A program made the position numbers and the translations under genes. The notes under the pieces were generated by a model. The model made no database searches and was not told the DNA's origin. It saw nothing but the letters and a program-made list of their open reading frames with translations. A DNA stretch of 30,526 nt from a virus: UHGV virus genome UHGV-0142065. One strand, given 5' to 3'. This document shows, piece by piece, positions 1-7,782 of the stretch; positions within the stretch are counted from its first letter, which is position 1, and each line of letters begins with the position of its first letter.

Positions 1-43
1 TTTCTTTTTCTAATTGAGAACATACAAAAGTTCTAAGTGAAAA

Positions 44-883
44 TCACTTTGTCAGATCAATCTTGCCAATCATGCAAGCCTTGATTTGTCCGGTAATCGG
101 AATGCGCCTCCGGAAAGCCGGGTTGACAGGGACAAGGAAGAAGTGGCCCTCGTCATCAGCCACCAGCCTCTTGAGCGTGATGCCTGGTAAACTGTCTCCG
201 CCGTCGTAAACGACAATTTCGTCAACGTATTTTTCCAAGTCCGCATTTTTGGGAACAGGACGGACAAGAACTACTTGCCCGTTTTTGATTTCTGGCTCCA
301 TTGACGTTCCTTCCACATGCAACGCCGTGATGCCCTTGTCAAACACTGGGTAGGGTTCGTCAAGATCGCTCCACGTGATTTCCCCTGCAGCGACGTTACC
401 GACAACCATGATTTCCGGCAATTTGACCGGGCGAAGAAAGACGTTGTTGACCTCTTCCGGCTCGTCATCGTTATCCAAGGCAGGGTGTAGCTTTTCAACG
501 GCCTCTTGATACGTGCCGCTTGCCTGTTGCTTTCTCTTCTGCTCCTGGACAGTCATTTCAAGGATTTCATTAACAAGGTCCTCAATGCTTTTGTGTGCTG
601 CCTTCGCTTTCTGCCGGAGGAGGGTTTCAAAGTTCTCCGGAAGCTCAAACTGGATTTCATCTTCACCGTTCATGAGGCGTTCAATAACAGCAAGTTTTGC
701 GGGGGGGATTGGGTTTCCATCAGATAGCCAGCCGTCAACTGTTCGTTTCTTGGAGAGCGTTTTTTCAGCAAGCCATTGACGATTTTTTCCCGTATCTTTG
801 AGCCATTTTTTTATTTCTTCTTCGTTGAGCATAGGCGGAATGTATACGCATATTCCGTACGTGTCAAGATAACTTGGGAACAA
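44..883 (-). CDS. cI/LexA-like phage repressor with N-terminal XRE-type HTH, central RHH-like segment and C-terminal S24 autopeptidase domain. Probable true start is ATG at 830-832; the ORF-track start at 883 is a TTG.
   Basis: C-terminal GTSMEP (Ser nucleophile) and ITLKRL (Lys) resemble the S24/LexA catalytic dyad. N-terminal IKKWLKDTGKNRQWLAEKTLSKKRTVDGWL is HTH-like. Gene is divergent from a cro-like gene across a promoter region. Confidence 0.8.
   Translation of the reverse strand: MFPSYLDTYGICVYIPPMLNEEEIKKWLKDTGKNRQWLAEKTLSKKRTVDGWLSDGNPIPPAKLAVIERLMNGEDEIQFELPENFETLLRQKAKAAHKSIEDLVNEILEMTVQEQKRKQQASGTYQEAVEKLHPALDNDDEPEEVNNVFLRPVKLPEIMVVGNVAAGEITWSDLDEPYPVFDKGITALHVEGTSMEPEIKNGQVVLVRPVPKNADLEKYVDEIVVYDGGDSLPGITLKRLVADDEGHFFLVPVNPAFRRRIPITGQIKACMIGKIDLTK
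839..867 (-). promoter_or_regulatory. PRM-like promoter for the repressor: -35 TTGACA (862-867), 17-nt spacer, -10 TACATT (839-844), ending 6 nt before the ATG. Predicts a leaderless mRNA.
   Basis: Read directly from the reverse complement of 839-867; no SD between the -10 and the ATG at 830-832. Confidence 0.45.
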
Positions 884-911
884 GAAATAACATTTTTAGG
901 TATTTTATGGG

Positions 912-939
912 TTGACGTGATACGCAAAATTGGTATTAT
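912..939 (+). promoter_or_regulatory. PR-like promoter for the cro-like gene: -35 TTGACG (912-917), 16-nt spacer, -10 TATTAT (934-939).
   Basis: Near-consensus sigma70 hexamers seen in sequence, facing away from the repressor gene. Confidence 0.5.
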
Positions 940-996
940 GTGACCATCAACCGCACGCAAGAAGCGAACGCGGAAGCAATCAAACCTGCAATCAAA

Positions 997-1200
997 ATGA
1001 GACACAGCTTTAGAAAAACCCCCGCGGAGGTGAAAGAATGGTTCCGGAAAACGGAAGAAGCAACGGGAATGAGCAAGCCCGCCATTATCTCCGGAATTGT
1101 AATGTCTTTTTTGTTGAAATCCAACAATCAAGGCAAGAATCCACCCACTAAGAAAACCGCCGTCAACCCCGTGAAATGTCCTAAAAGGGGAAATATTTAG
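997..1200 (+). CDS. Small RHH (Arc/Mnt/CopG-like) regulator in the Cro position. ORF-track start at 940 is GTG inside the -10 box; ATG 997 is preferred.
   Basis: FRKTPAEVKEWFRKTEEATGMSKPAIISGIVMSFL fits the beta-strand plus two-helix RHH pattern. Divergent from the repressor. Confidence 0.45.
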   Translation: MRHSFRKTPAEVKEWFRKTEEATGMSKPAIISGIVMSFLLKSNNQGKNPPTKKTAVNPVKCPKRGNI

Positions 1201-1272
1201 TTGCTTTTATGTGCTAAAAAGATACATCTGGATTTGTTAGAGCGATAATATCCAAAAAAAGGAAGCAAAATC

Positions 1273-1446
1273 ATGAGGCCATACGCAGACATCAACGGAG
1301 ATTTCCACTGCCCGGAATGCGGCGCCGTCATCGAATATGACGAGACTGACCCTCTGTGCTGGGGATGCTGTGAAGACTGCGGCTGGGAAGAAACGGAAGA
1401 AGAACTCGCTTTCCCGTATGCTGATGAATACGGCGGCCATTTTTGA
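1273..1446 (+). CDS. 57-aa zinc-ribbon protein (CPEC ... CWGCCEDC). Absent from the ORF track, presumably below its length cutoff.
   Basis: AGGAAG SD 8 nt upstream of ATG 1273; two Cys pairs; acidic tail. Translated by hand. Confidence 0.4.
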   Translation: MRPYADINGDFHCPECGAVIEYDETDPLCWGCCEDCGWEETEEELAFPYADEYGGHF

Positions 1447-1472
1447 GCCTAACCACAAACCAACACCAGAAA

Positions 1473-1910
1473 ATGAATACATGCGAAATATTACAACGGC
1501 CAATCCACCAAGGCCCCTATATGGGGATGGTGGAGACCATCACCAATGCAAACAGCAAAGCACCGTTCCTTTGCTACTCCTGCGGGCAGGAACCCGGCAG
1601 GGGCGCTTACTGGTCCATTATCGGAGACCGCCGCGGGAACGCGTATTGCTGCCGCTGCCTCTGCGCCTCTTGTGCCTGGGAGCAAATCAACGGCATCCCG
1701 GACAGGGCAGGGAAGAACCCCTACCAGTCTCTTGACCCCCGGAAGGAGCGCCGCCGCTTGCAAGCCTGCAAGAACAGTACCAGGGGACGCCGGAAGGAAG
1801 CTGTATCGCGTCTGCTCTTTGGTCTGGTCATTGTCTTGGTCTGTCTTGCTTCCGCAGCGTTCATTGTCGGATTTTTCTACTTAGCCGTAATGATTTTCGC
1901 AGGATTATGA
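1473..1910 (+). CDS. Cys-rich protein with C-terminal transmembrane helix (hypothetical). First ATG at 1473 in the 1443..1910 frame.
   Basis: CYSCG...CCRCLCASCAW cluster and hydrophobic C-terminus LLFGLVIVLVCLASAAFIVGFFYLAVMIF. Stop overlaps the next start (ATGA at 1907), which supports this frame over the overlapping GC-rich alternative frames. Confidence 0.45.
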   Translation: MNTCEILQRPIHQGPYMGMVETITNANSKAPFLCYSCGQEPGRGAYWSIIGDRRGNAYCCRCLCASCAWEQINGIPDRAGKNPYQSLDPRKERRRLQACKNSTRGRRKEAVSRLLFGLVIVLVCLASAAFIVGFFYLAVMIFAGL

Positions 1911-2215
1911 ATACCAATGATCAACGTTTGATTGAAGGTCTGTTTACCCGCATTGATCGCCTTGTTTCGATCATGGAAGGGAAATACTGCCCTGAAACAA
2001 GCGGTGAAACCTGGTTGCGTGCTGAAGACCTGCTCAAACTCCCACAGTTCCGGCACCGCAAAGGCCGCGTATGGCTCTATAAACTTGCGAAAACTGCCCC
2101 GGAAATCATGAAAAAAGACTGCCTACCGCACCAAAAGCGGGGCGCCACTCTTTGGTGTGCGGAACGTATTTCCAAGGCCATAAAAGAGAACACGGCAACA
2201 ACCCTTTCCAACTAA
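1907..2215 (+). CDS. hypothetical early protein
   Basis: ORF translationally coupled to the upstream gene; basic, possibly DNA-binding. No confident motif. Confidence 0.45.
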   Translation: MNTNDQRLIEGLFTRIDRLVSIMEGKYCPETSGETWLRAEDLLKLPQFRHRKGRVWLYKLAKTAPEIMKKDCLPHQKRGATLWCAERISKAIKENTATTLSN

Positions 2216-2255
2216 CCTAACTGTAACAACAACAAAACAATAGAATAAAAACACC

Positions 2256-2732
2256 ATGCAAAGAAACGAATGCAAGCCCGGAACAGAAGTCATCATCCGG
2301 GGAACGATCAGTGAAGATGACGGAACGGATTTTAACTCTATCAAAATCACTATCCGCCGTGATGACGGCAAAACGGAAGATGGCTTTTTTGAACCTTCTG
2401 TTCTTGAGCCCGCCCAGGCGAAATACGACCCGGCACGGAAATACCGCAAGGGGGATTTGGTGCGAATCACCGGATTTCACGGGAGGCTTTTCGGGTGTGG
2501 ATACGAACGAAGCCTTGATAAAGGCAAGAAAATTGATGTCCACGTGACGCTTGAGGAGGACGAGTACCCTAATGGAGATGTTGAGGTCCCACGTGGAATT
2601 TTATCAGGCGGGAACGTGATGATCTCCGTTGCTTGCGTCGAACTTGTCAAAACTGCCGAAGAAATTGATGCGGAAGCCTTAGAACATTGGAACAAACTGA
2701 ACTGCAATCATAAGGACCCCTTGAATGCCTAA
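2256..2732 (+). CDS. hypothetical early protein
   Basis: Clean ORF in the early operon. Followed by a GC stem 2742-2749/2765-2772 with a 15-nt loop. Confidence 0.45.
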   Translation: MQRNECKPGTEVIIRGTISEDDGTDFNSIKITIRRDDGKTEDGFFEPSVLEPAQAKYDPARKYRKGDLVRITGFHGRLFGCGYERSLDKGKKIDVHVTLEEDEYPNGDVEVPRGILSGGNVMISVACVELVKTAEEIDAEALEHWNKLNCNHKDPLNA

Positions 2733-2798
2733 AAAGCAGTTGGCCGGGGTCAGCGCCAACCGATCCCCGGCCTTGTTACACAGAACCATGCAAAGATT

Positions 2799-3680
2799 AT
2801 GAGTAACGCAAAACCTTATAAACCAAAATACGAGGACAGGCAAGACCAGCAAACGACCCTTACCCTGTCAACTCCGAAGGAGCTTGCCGGCTTTTTGACC
2901 AAGTCAAAAACCTCCATTGCCGCCGCGCTGCCGGCCCATCTCAACCCGGACCGCATGATCCGTCTGGCGGTAACCTGCTTTTCCCAAAACCCCGCCTTGC
3001 AGCGGTGTTCTGCCGTGAGCATCTTTTCCAGCCTGCTTATTGCCTCCCAGCTTGGACTTGAGCCGGGGGTAGCCGGGCAGGGGTATCTTATCCCCTACAA
3101 GGGCAAATGCACCTTTGTTCCCGGGTGGCAGGGCCTTGTTGGGCTGCTCAACAATACGGGCAGGGCTACCGCCTGGACGGGTGTAGTTTACGAGGGCGAC
3201 CATTTCCAGTTTGAGCTTGGAGCCTATCCCATCCTCCGCCACGTCCCCGGCATCAACTACGGGGACGAAGACAAAATGACATGGGCCTATGCCTGTGCCC
3301 GGGTCAACGGTGCGGAAACCCCTGTCATTGAGGCGTGGACCATGGAGCGCATTTGGCGCCACCGCGACGCGCACAATGAGGTTGGGGAAAAACACTACTC
3401 CTACAAAAACCGCGAAATGTACGCCCGGAAGGTGGTCTTGCTGCAAGTCCTCAAGTACATGCCGAAAAGCGTTGAAGTGGCAAACGCTATCGAAGTTTCC
3501 CACGCCGCGGAGACGGGGCGTATCGTCAAAATCGACGACGGCGTCGTCATTGACGGCGAAATCGTGCCGGAAGATGACCCCGACATAGATGACTACCCGC
3601 TTGATCGCCAAGACCCGGATCCGACCCCGACGCCGGAACCGGCTCCAGTTTCCGAAACCTCCACCACAAACCTCCTTTAA
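2799..3680 (+). CDS. recT: RecT-family single-strand annealing protein with acidic Asp/Pro-rich C-terminal tail
   Basis: LGLEPGVAGQGYLIPYKGK ... VVYEGDHFQFE core resembles the RecT family. Upstream of a YqaJ-like exonuclease, as in Rac/phage recombination modules. Confidence 0.8.
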   Translation: MSNAKPYKPKYEDRQDQQTTLTLSTPKELAGFLTKSKTSIAAALPAHLNPDRMIRLAVTCFSQNPALQRCSAVSIFSSLLIASQLGLEPGVAGQGYLIPYKGKCTFVPGWQGLVGLLNNTGRATAWTGVVYEGDHFQFELGAYPILRHVPGINYGDEDKMTWAYACARVNGAETPVIEAWTMERIWRHRDAHNEVGEKHYSYKNREMYARKVVLLQVLKYMPKSVEVANAIEVSHAAETGRIVKIDDGVVIDGEIVPEDDPDIDDYPLDRQDPDPTPTPEPAPVSETSTTNLL

Positions 3681-3685
3681 ACGCC

Positions 3686-4684
3686 ATGAGCGAACAACTT
3701 GAAATCATCCCCCTGAATGTGAGCGCCAAAGGCGAAGTGCTCTCTTCCAATCTGGCCGAATTCCGCGCCTCCGTCAAAACTGTCCTAGACAGTATCAGCC
3801 TCACCCCCGAAACCGATGAAGAATTCGGACTGGCTGAACAAAACGTCAAAATGCTCAAAGGGGCAGAAGATGCCGTCAAGGCTGCCAAGGAAAAAGCCCT
3901 GAAGGATGCCGAAAGCCTCCACCAGTTTTTTGCGGCCCTGGACGATTCCAGCGCGGAAATCAGAACGGCCCGGCTTACGCTCGAAAAGAAGATTGCTGGG
4001 GAAAAGGAGAAAATACGCACCAGCCTTATTGAAAAGGCTCTTGACCTTCTTGAATGCGCTCCCCATTTGCGGAAGAGAGAATTTGGCAACGCCATGACGG
4101 ACGCCATCAAGAGCAAGCGCACCATTAAAAGCATCGAGGCCGCGCTTGATGCCGCCGTGGCAAAAGCAAACAAAGACATCGCAACCAATCGTGAAATCAT
4201 TTGTGAATTCATTGATGTTTGCGGCGAAACTCTCGTGCTTGACATGGACGAGCTTGAAACGAAACCCACTATCTATGTTGAGGCCGAACTGCGCCGCCGT
4301 CAGGATGCTGCCAAAGCCGCCGCAGAACGCGCCAGACTGGCCGAAGAAGCCCGGAAGGCACGGGAAGAAGCCCAACAGGTAAAAGCGGAGCTGAAAGAAC
4401 AGGGCAAGCCTCCTGTGCCGCCATCGCCCGCTGTCATCAACATGACCGCATTTGAGCCGGATCCGGAACCGGTTCGAGCCAAAGCCCCCGCGCCTTCCCC
4501 GGCCCCGGTTGGCGAAGAAGAAGAATGGAGACAATTCCAGGATGCTGTTTTTGATGCATTTGCCCAGATCAAGGAGGCTCGCGGAAAACTTGCCTACCCC
4601 AACAACAAGCGCCGTGTGGCCTATTTCGCGCAGGCCGTAAACGAAGCGTGGAAAGTCTGTGAGGCGGAAGGAGGCCAGCAATGA
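3686..4684 (+). CDS. hypothetical coiled-coil protein with Pro/Ala-rich linker, lying between recT and the exonuclease gene
   Basis: Lys/Glu/Ala-rich heptad-like N-terminal two-thirds, PPVPPSPA...APAPSPAP linker, and a small C-terminal domain. The antisense ORFs 3547..4269 and 3785..4720 have junk composition. Confidence 0.5.
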   Translation: MSEQLEIIPLNVSAKGEVLSSNLAEFRASVKTVLDSISLTPETDEEFGLAEQNVKMLKGAEDAVKAAKEKALKDAESLHQFFAALDDSSAEIRTARLTLEKKIAGEKEKIRTSLIEKALDLLECAPHLRKREFGNAMTDAIKSKRTIKSIEAALDAAVAKANKDIATNREIICEFIDVCGETLVLDMDELETKPTIYVEAELRRRQDAAKAAAERARLAEEARKAREEAQQVKAELKEQGKPPVPPSPAVINMTAFEPDPEPVRAKAPAPSPAPVGEEEEWRQFQDAVFDAFAQIKEARGKLAYPNNKRRVAYFAQAVNEAWKVCEAEGGQQ

Positions 4685-5319
4685 AAATCTGGCCAGCCAT
4701 GGAGCAACGCTCGGAAGCATGGTTCCGTGCCCGTGCCGGTCGTCTTACGGCCAGCAATTTTTTCCGGGTTTTAACCCCCACGGGAAAAGACTCGTCTCAA
4801 TGGCGTGCGCTGGCTATTGAGATGTGTTGCAGCCGCATCCGTCCCGACGAAATACAGTGGGAAGGAAACCGCCACACGGACCGCGGGGAAGAACTGGAAC
4901 CGGAAGCACGGGAAGAATTCAGCCGAATCATGGGGATGGAAGTGGAACAGGTGGGATTTATCGTCCAGGATAACGAACTGGTGGGCTGTTCCCCTGACGG
5001 TATGATCAAGATCAATGGTCAGTACGCGGCGGGTGTGGAGCTGAAATGCCCTCTTGCAAAAAATCACGCGGAATACCTGCTGGACGGCGTATTACCCGGC
5101 CAATACAAGGCGCAGGTACACGGCTCCATGATTGTGACTGGACTCCCGTACTGGTACTTCATGAGCTACTGCCGACGTCTCAAACCCCTGATTTTACGGG
5201 TGGAACGGGATAGCTACACCGACGAACTAGAAGATGCTATTGAGCGATTTATAATCTATTACGCAGATTTTTACAAACTCAACATGCCTAAATTCGTTGA
5301 AGGAAGGAGGGCGGCATGA
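4681..5319 (+). CDS. YqaJ/lambda-exonuclease-like PD-(D/E)XK alkaline exonuclease
   Basis: GCSPDG ... VELKCP (D...E-x-K) catalytic pattern; N-terminal RLTASNFFRVL resembles YqaJ; start overlaps the upstream stop (ATGA). Confidence 0.8.
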   Translation: MKIWPAMEQRSEAWFRARAGRLTASNFFRVLTPTGKDSSQWRALAIEMCCSRIRPDEIQWEGNRHTDRGEELEPEAREEFSRIMGMEVEQVGFIVQDNELVGCSPDGMIKINGQYAAGVELKCPLAKNHAEYLLDGVLPGQYKAQVHGSMIVTGLPYWYFMSYCRRLKPLILRVERDSYTDELEDAIERFIIYYADFYKLNMPKFVEGRRAA

Positions 5320-5660
5320 AGACGAAGGCAAGAGCTATCCATCGGCCCGGCGTGATGAACAAGACGGAAGCCGCCTATGGCTTTTACCTGTCTGAACTCC
5401 AAAACAAGGGGGAGATACGGGAATTCAAGTTTGAGGCCGTCAAGCTGATCTTGGGGAACCGCTGCTCATACACGCCGGATTTCATGGTTGTGCGCCCTGA
5501 CGGCACCCTTGAATTCCACGAGGTGAAAGGCTTCTGGCGCGACGACGCCAGGGTAAAAATCAAGACCGCCGCCGACAAGTTCCCCTTTGTTTTTATCGCT
5601 GCCAAGCAGACAAAAACGGGTTGGGAAATAGAAACAATCCAGGAAGGAGAAGTGGAATGA
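5316..5660 (+). CDS. DUF1064-like phage protein (putative resolvase-like nuclease)
   Basis: GFYLSELQNKGEIREFKFEAVKL ... YTPDFMVV ... EVKGFWRDD matches the DUF1064 pattern as remembered. Confidence 0.55.
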   Translation: MKTKARAIHRPGVMNKTEAAYGFYLSELQNKGEIREFKFEAVKLILGNRCSYTPDFMVVRPDGTLEFHEVKGFWRDDARVKIKTAADKFPFVFIAAKQTKTGWEIETIQEGEVE

Positions 5661-5998
5661 GCCCCGAAGAAAGAGAGAGAAAACGCCGCTGGATGGTGGA
5701 ACTTAACCGCAGAAGGGAAGCCTCTGCCGCCAAAGCCGCGCAGCCCGATCTTGACGCCCTCAATGCCATCTACGGCGCCCGCTTTCGACACGGTCAGCAA
5801 GTCACTGTAATGGGGAACAGATATACCATTATCGGTGCCAAATGGGGCGCATGGCTCCGCGTGAAAAACAAAGACGGCAAGAAGTTTGTCTGCCGTCCTT
5901 ATGACGCCTACCCCGTGATCAATCTGTCCGGCACCGTCGCTTTTGACGGCTGGACGATGGGGCCAAGCGGAAAACTTAAAATCAAGAAAGGAAATTAA
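5657..5998 (+). CDS. hypothetical basic protein (start at ATG 5657 with a GGAAGGAGAAG SD)
   Basis: Strong SD 5-8 nt upstream; overlaps the previous stop. Confidence 0.45.
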   Translation: MSPEERERKRRWMVELNRRREASAAKAAQPDLDALNAIYGARFRHGQQVTVMGNRYTIIGAKWGAWLRVKNKDGKKFVCRPYDAYPVINLSGTVAFDGWTMGPSGKLKIKKGN

Positions 5999-5999
5999 A

Positions 6000-6404
6000 A
6001 TGAAAGATATTAAATGCCCGCTGTGCGATAGCAAACTAGTGAAGAGATGTGCCTGCGACTATGAAAGTATTGTAGCCCTCACTTGCTTAAATTGCGGTTA
6101 TCAAATCCTTGATGAAGTGGATTTAAATTTAATTAGAAACAATGAATATAATCATGCTTTATCAATATCGGATCATGAAGCTGCTGAAAGGTTCATTTCC
6201 AAGTTCCCGCCCATCATGCGGTTGAGGCAAGGTGATAACGTGCTGGTATGGTTAAGTGATGACATACATACGGTGCTTGGCACGGATTTAGAAGCTGGGA
6301 AAATACATCTCCAAGACGTGTATGGTGATGCCGATAGCTACTATCCTACCGGCATCAAGAAATGGCCGTGGGAACTGAACGGAAAGGAGGCCAGCAATGA
6401 ATGA
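6000..6404 (+). CDS. hypothetical protein with N-terminal C4 zinc ribbon (CPLC ... CLNC); partly low GC
   Basis: ATG at 6000 after an AAGAAAGGAAA SD; Cys pairs seen in translation. Confidence 0.45.
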   Translation: MKDIKCPLCDSKLVKRCACDYESIVALTCLNCGYQILDEVDLNLIRNNEYNHALSISDHEAAERFISKFPPIMRLRQGDNVLVWLSDDIHTVLGTDLEAGKIHLQDVYGDADSYYPTGIKKWPWELNGKEASNE

Positions 6405-6627
6405 AGAATTGAAACCTTGTTGGTGTGGGGAATTGCCTGACCTCATGCACTATACCGAAAATGGGAAAGCGCACATATCCTATATATGCGATCAAACGAT
6501 TGACGAGCATCTACCTCACGCCCTCATGGCGGATGATGCTGAATCGGAAGAGGAGGCACGCCAAAATTGGAATAGGATGATGGACGCCATTGAAAAACAC
6601 TATCGGGAAGGAGGGAGCAATGATTAA
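6397..6627 (+). CDS. Lar-like restriction-alleviation-family small protein (tentative)
   Basis: N-terminus MNEELKPCWCGE resembles the M-x-ELKPCPFCG opening of Lar-family proteins. Size about 75 aa. Confidence 0.35.
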   Translation: MNEELKPCWCGELPDLMHYTENGKAHISYICDQTIDEHLPHALMADDAESEEEARQNWNRMMDAIEKHYREGGSND

Positions 6628-7033
6628 CATCCTCTTATCCGTCAGGCGGCCTTTCTCCGGTAAAATTCTGTCCGGGGAAAAGGGGTGGGAACTACGCAAG
6701 AACGCGCCGTGCATCCCACCGGAAAATCACGACGGCGTAACGCTCTGGCTCTACGAATCCGGCAAGGACGGGGAGCGGGCCATCATCGGCAAATGCCAGT
6801 TGTGGTGCTTTATTCCGTTGAGGCACATGCCAAATGAGTTGATGATCAAGGAAGCTTGCGTCTCGGTAGCTCATTTGCAGTCATATCTCCCCTGCCACGC
6901 CTGGGGAGTCATGGACCCCGTGAGGCTCCCCGCCGCCGTGCCGCTCTCTGCCATCGGCATGACCCGTCCGCCGCAGTCTTGGCAGTACCTTACCCCGGAG
7001 CAGGCGGCCATTTTGGAAAGGAGGCTCGCATGA
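6620..7033 (+). CDS. ASCH/PUA-like domain protein (tentative)
   Basis: MINILLSVRRPFSGKILSGEKGWELRKN resembles the N-terminal ASCH pattern; GGAGGGAG SD precedes ATG 6620. Confidence 0.4.
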   Translation: MINILLSVRRPFSGKILSGEKGWELRKNAPCIPPENHDGVTLWLYESGKDGERAIIGKCQLWCFIPLRHMPNELMIKEACVSVAHLQSYLPCHAWGVMDPVRLPAAVPLSAIGMTRPPQSWQYLTPEQAAILERRLA

Positions 7034-7314
7034 CTCCTGAACAGAAAGCTTTTTACGAGTACGGGAAAGCCCGTGGAATCCTAAAGGAAGTGAGGTTTCA
7101 AATGATCTCTATGGAATACGATGAAAAACGATACCATAAACTCTCTAAGGCCATCTGCGACGCTTGGCAGAAGCGGGCCGCGTGCAGGGCGTTGAAGGCA
7201 ACAGAAGGACGGTGTTGCTCTAACTGCCTTTACAAAAACCTGCCTGGTAGCAGGCGTCCTTGCGCCATGTGTGAAGATGTAACACATTGGGAGCCGAGAA
7301 AGGAGGGGGAGTGA
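7030..7314 (+). CDS. Cys-rich small protein (hypothetical); start at ATG 7030 with a GGAAAGGAGG SD
   Basis: CRALKATEGRCCSNC ... CAMC cluster; last gene of the rightward early block. Confidence 0.45.
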   Translation: MTPEQKAFYEYGKARGILKEVRFQMISMEYDEKRYHKLSKAICDAWQKRAACRALKATEGRCCSNCLYKNLPGSRRPCAMCEDVTHWEPRKEGE

Positions 7315-7337
7315 AGAAGTTCCTCTTTGACCCCCCC
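7301..7337. terminator. imperfect G-run/C-run hairpin between convergent genes (possible bidirectional terminator)
   Basis: aggagggggagtgaagaagttcctctttgaccccccc: GGGGG pairs with CCCCC and gaagaa with ttcctc. Confidence 0.25.
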
Positions 7338-7398
7338 GTGATCTTGCACGGAAACCCTATGCCGTGCGACCCAATGTGAAACTTCTTAAAAAATCAAC

Positions 7399-7782
7399 TT
7401 ACTTAACATTGTTATTTATTTGGTCAGAAATATGGCAAAAGGCCTCCCATTCTGATCTTAAAATAGTTTTTCCTGAATCAATGGTTCTGAGCATGTTGTC
7501 ATCCATTTTTACATATTTGTATTTGATATGATTTTCTTTCAAAAAATCTACAGTAGTCATTAAGCGAGGACATTCTTGTACTTCAATATTTGTAGTTATA
7601 TTTTTAACTTCATGCCAGGTAACATTATAATCCCCCTTTTTTTCACTTGAGTACTTATTAGCAATATGAGGGAAAATTTTATACAGCTTTCCAATATTTT
7701 CGAAATCATCAATATCTAAAAAAGTTTTGTAGGTAATGTCAGTTGGAGTTTCGTTCACTATAACAATGTAATAACTATTCAT
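7399..7782 (-). CDS. AT-rich, oppositely oriented moron gene of unknown function (127 aa)
   Basis: Coding GC far below its flanks; antisense to the whole early operon; own AT-rich upstream region 7783-7827. Confidence 0.55.
   Translation of the reverse strand: MNSYYIVIVNETPTDITYKTFLDIDDFENIGKLYKIFPHIANKYSSEKKGDYNVTWHEVKNITTNIEVQECPRLMTTVDFLKENHIKYKYVKMDDNMLRTIDSGKTILRSEWEAFCHISDQINNNVK

Noticed and set aside
1337-1884. Alternative plus and minus frames (1337..1735, 1546..1884, 1491..1763) in the GC-rich segment
   Set aside because: Pro/Arg/Ala-rich products and no coupling to neighbours. The 1473..1910 frame has Cys motifs, a TM helix and an ATGA overlap with the next gene.
2904-3611. 235-aa minus-strand ORF over recT
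   Set aside because: Antisense to a clearly recognisable RecT-family protein, with no independent start or SD signals.
3547-4720. Long minus-strand ORFs (240 and 311 aa) antisense to the recT-neighbour gene
   Set aside because: Their Ser/Phe/Arg-rich low-complexity translations are typical of antisense frames in GC-rich coding DNA. The plus-strand frame is coupled (ATGA) to both neighbours.
7283-7378. 9-bp inverted repeat cacattggg / cccaatgtg flanking the convergent intergenic region
   Set aside because: Single short IR with a 78-bp spacer and no partner at the other side of the AT-rich moron. It could be chance; not enough to call an insertion footprint.
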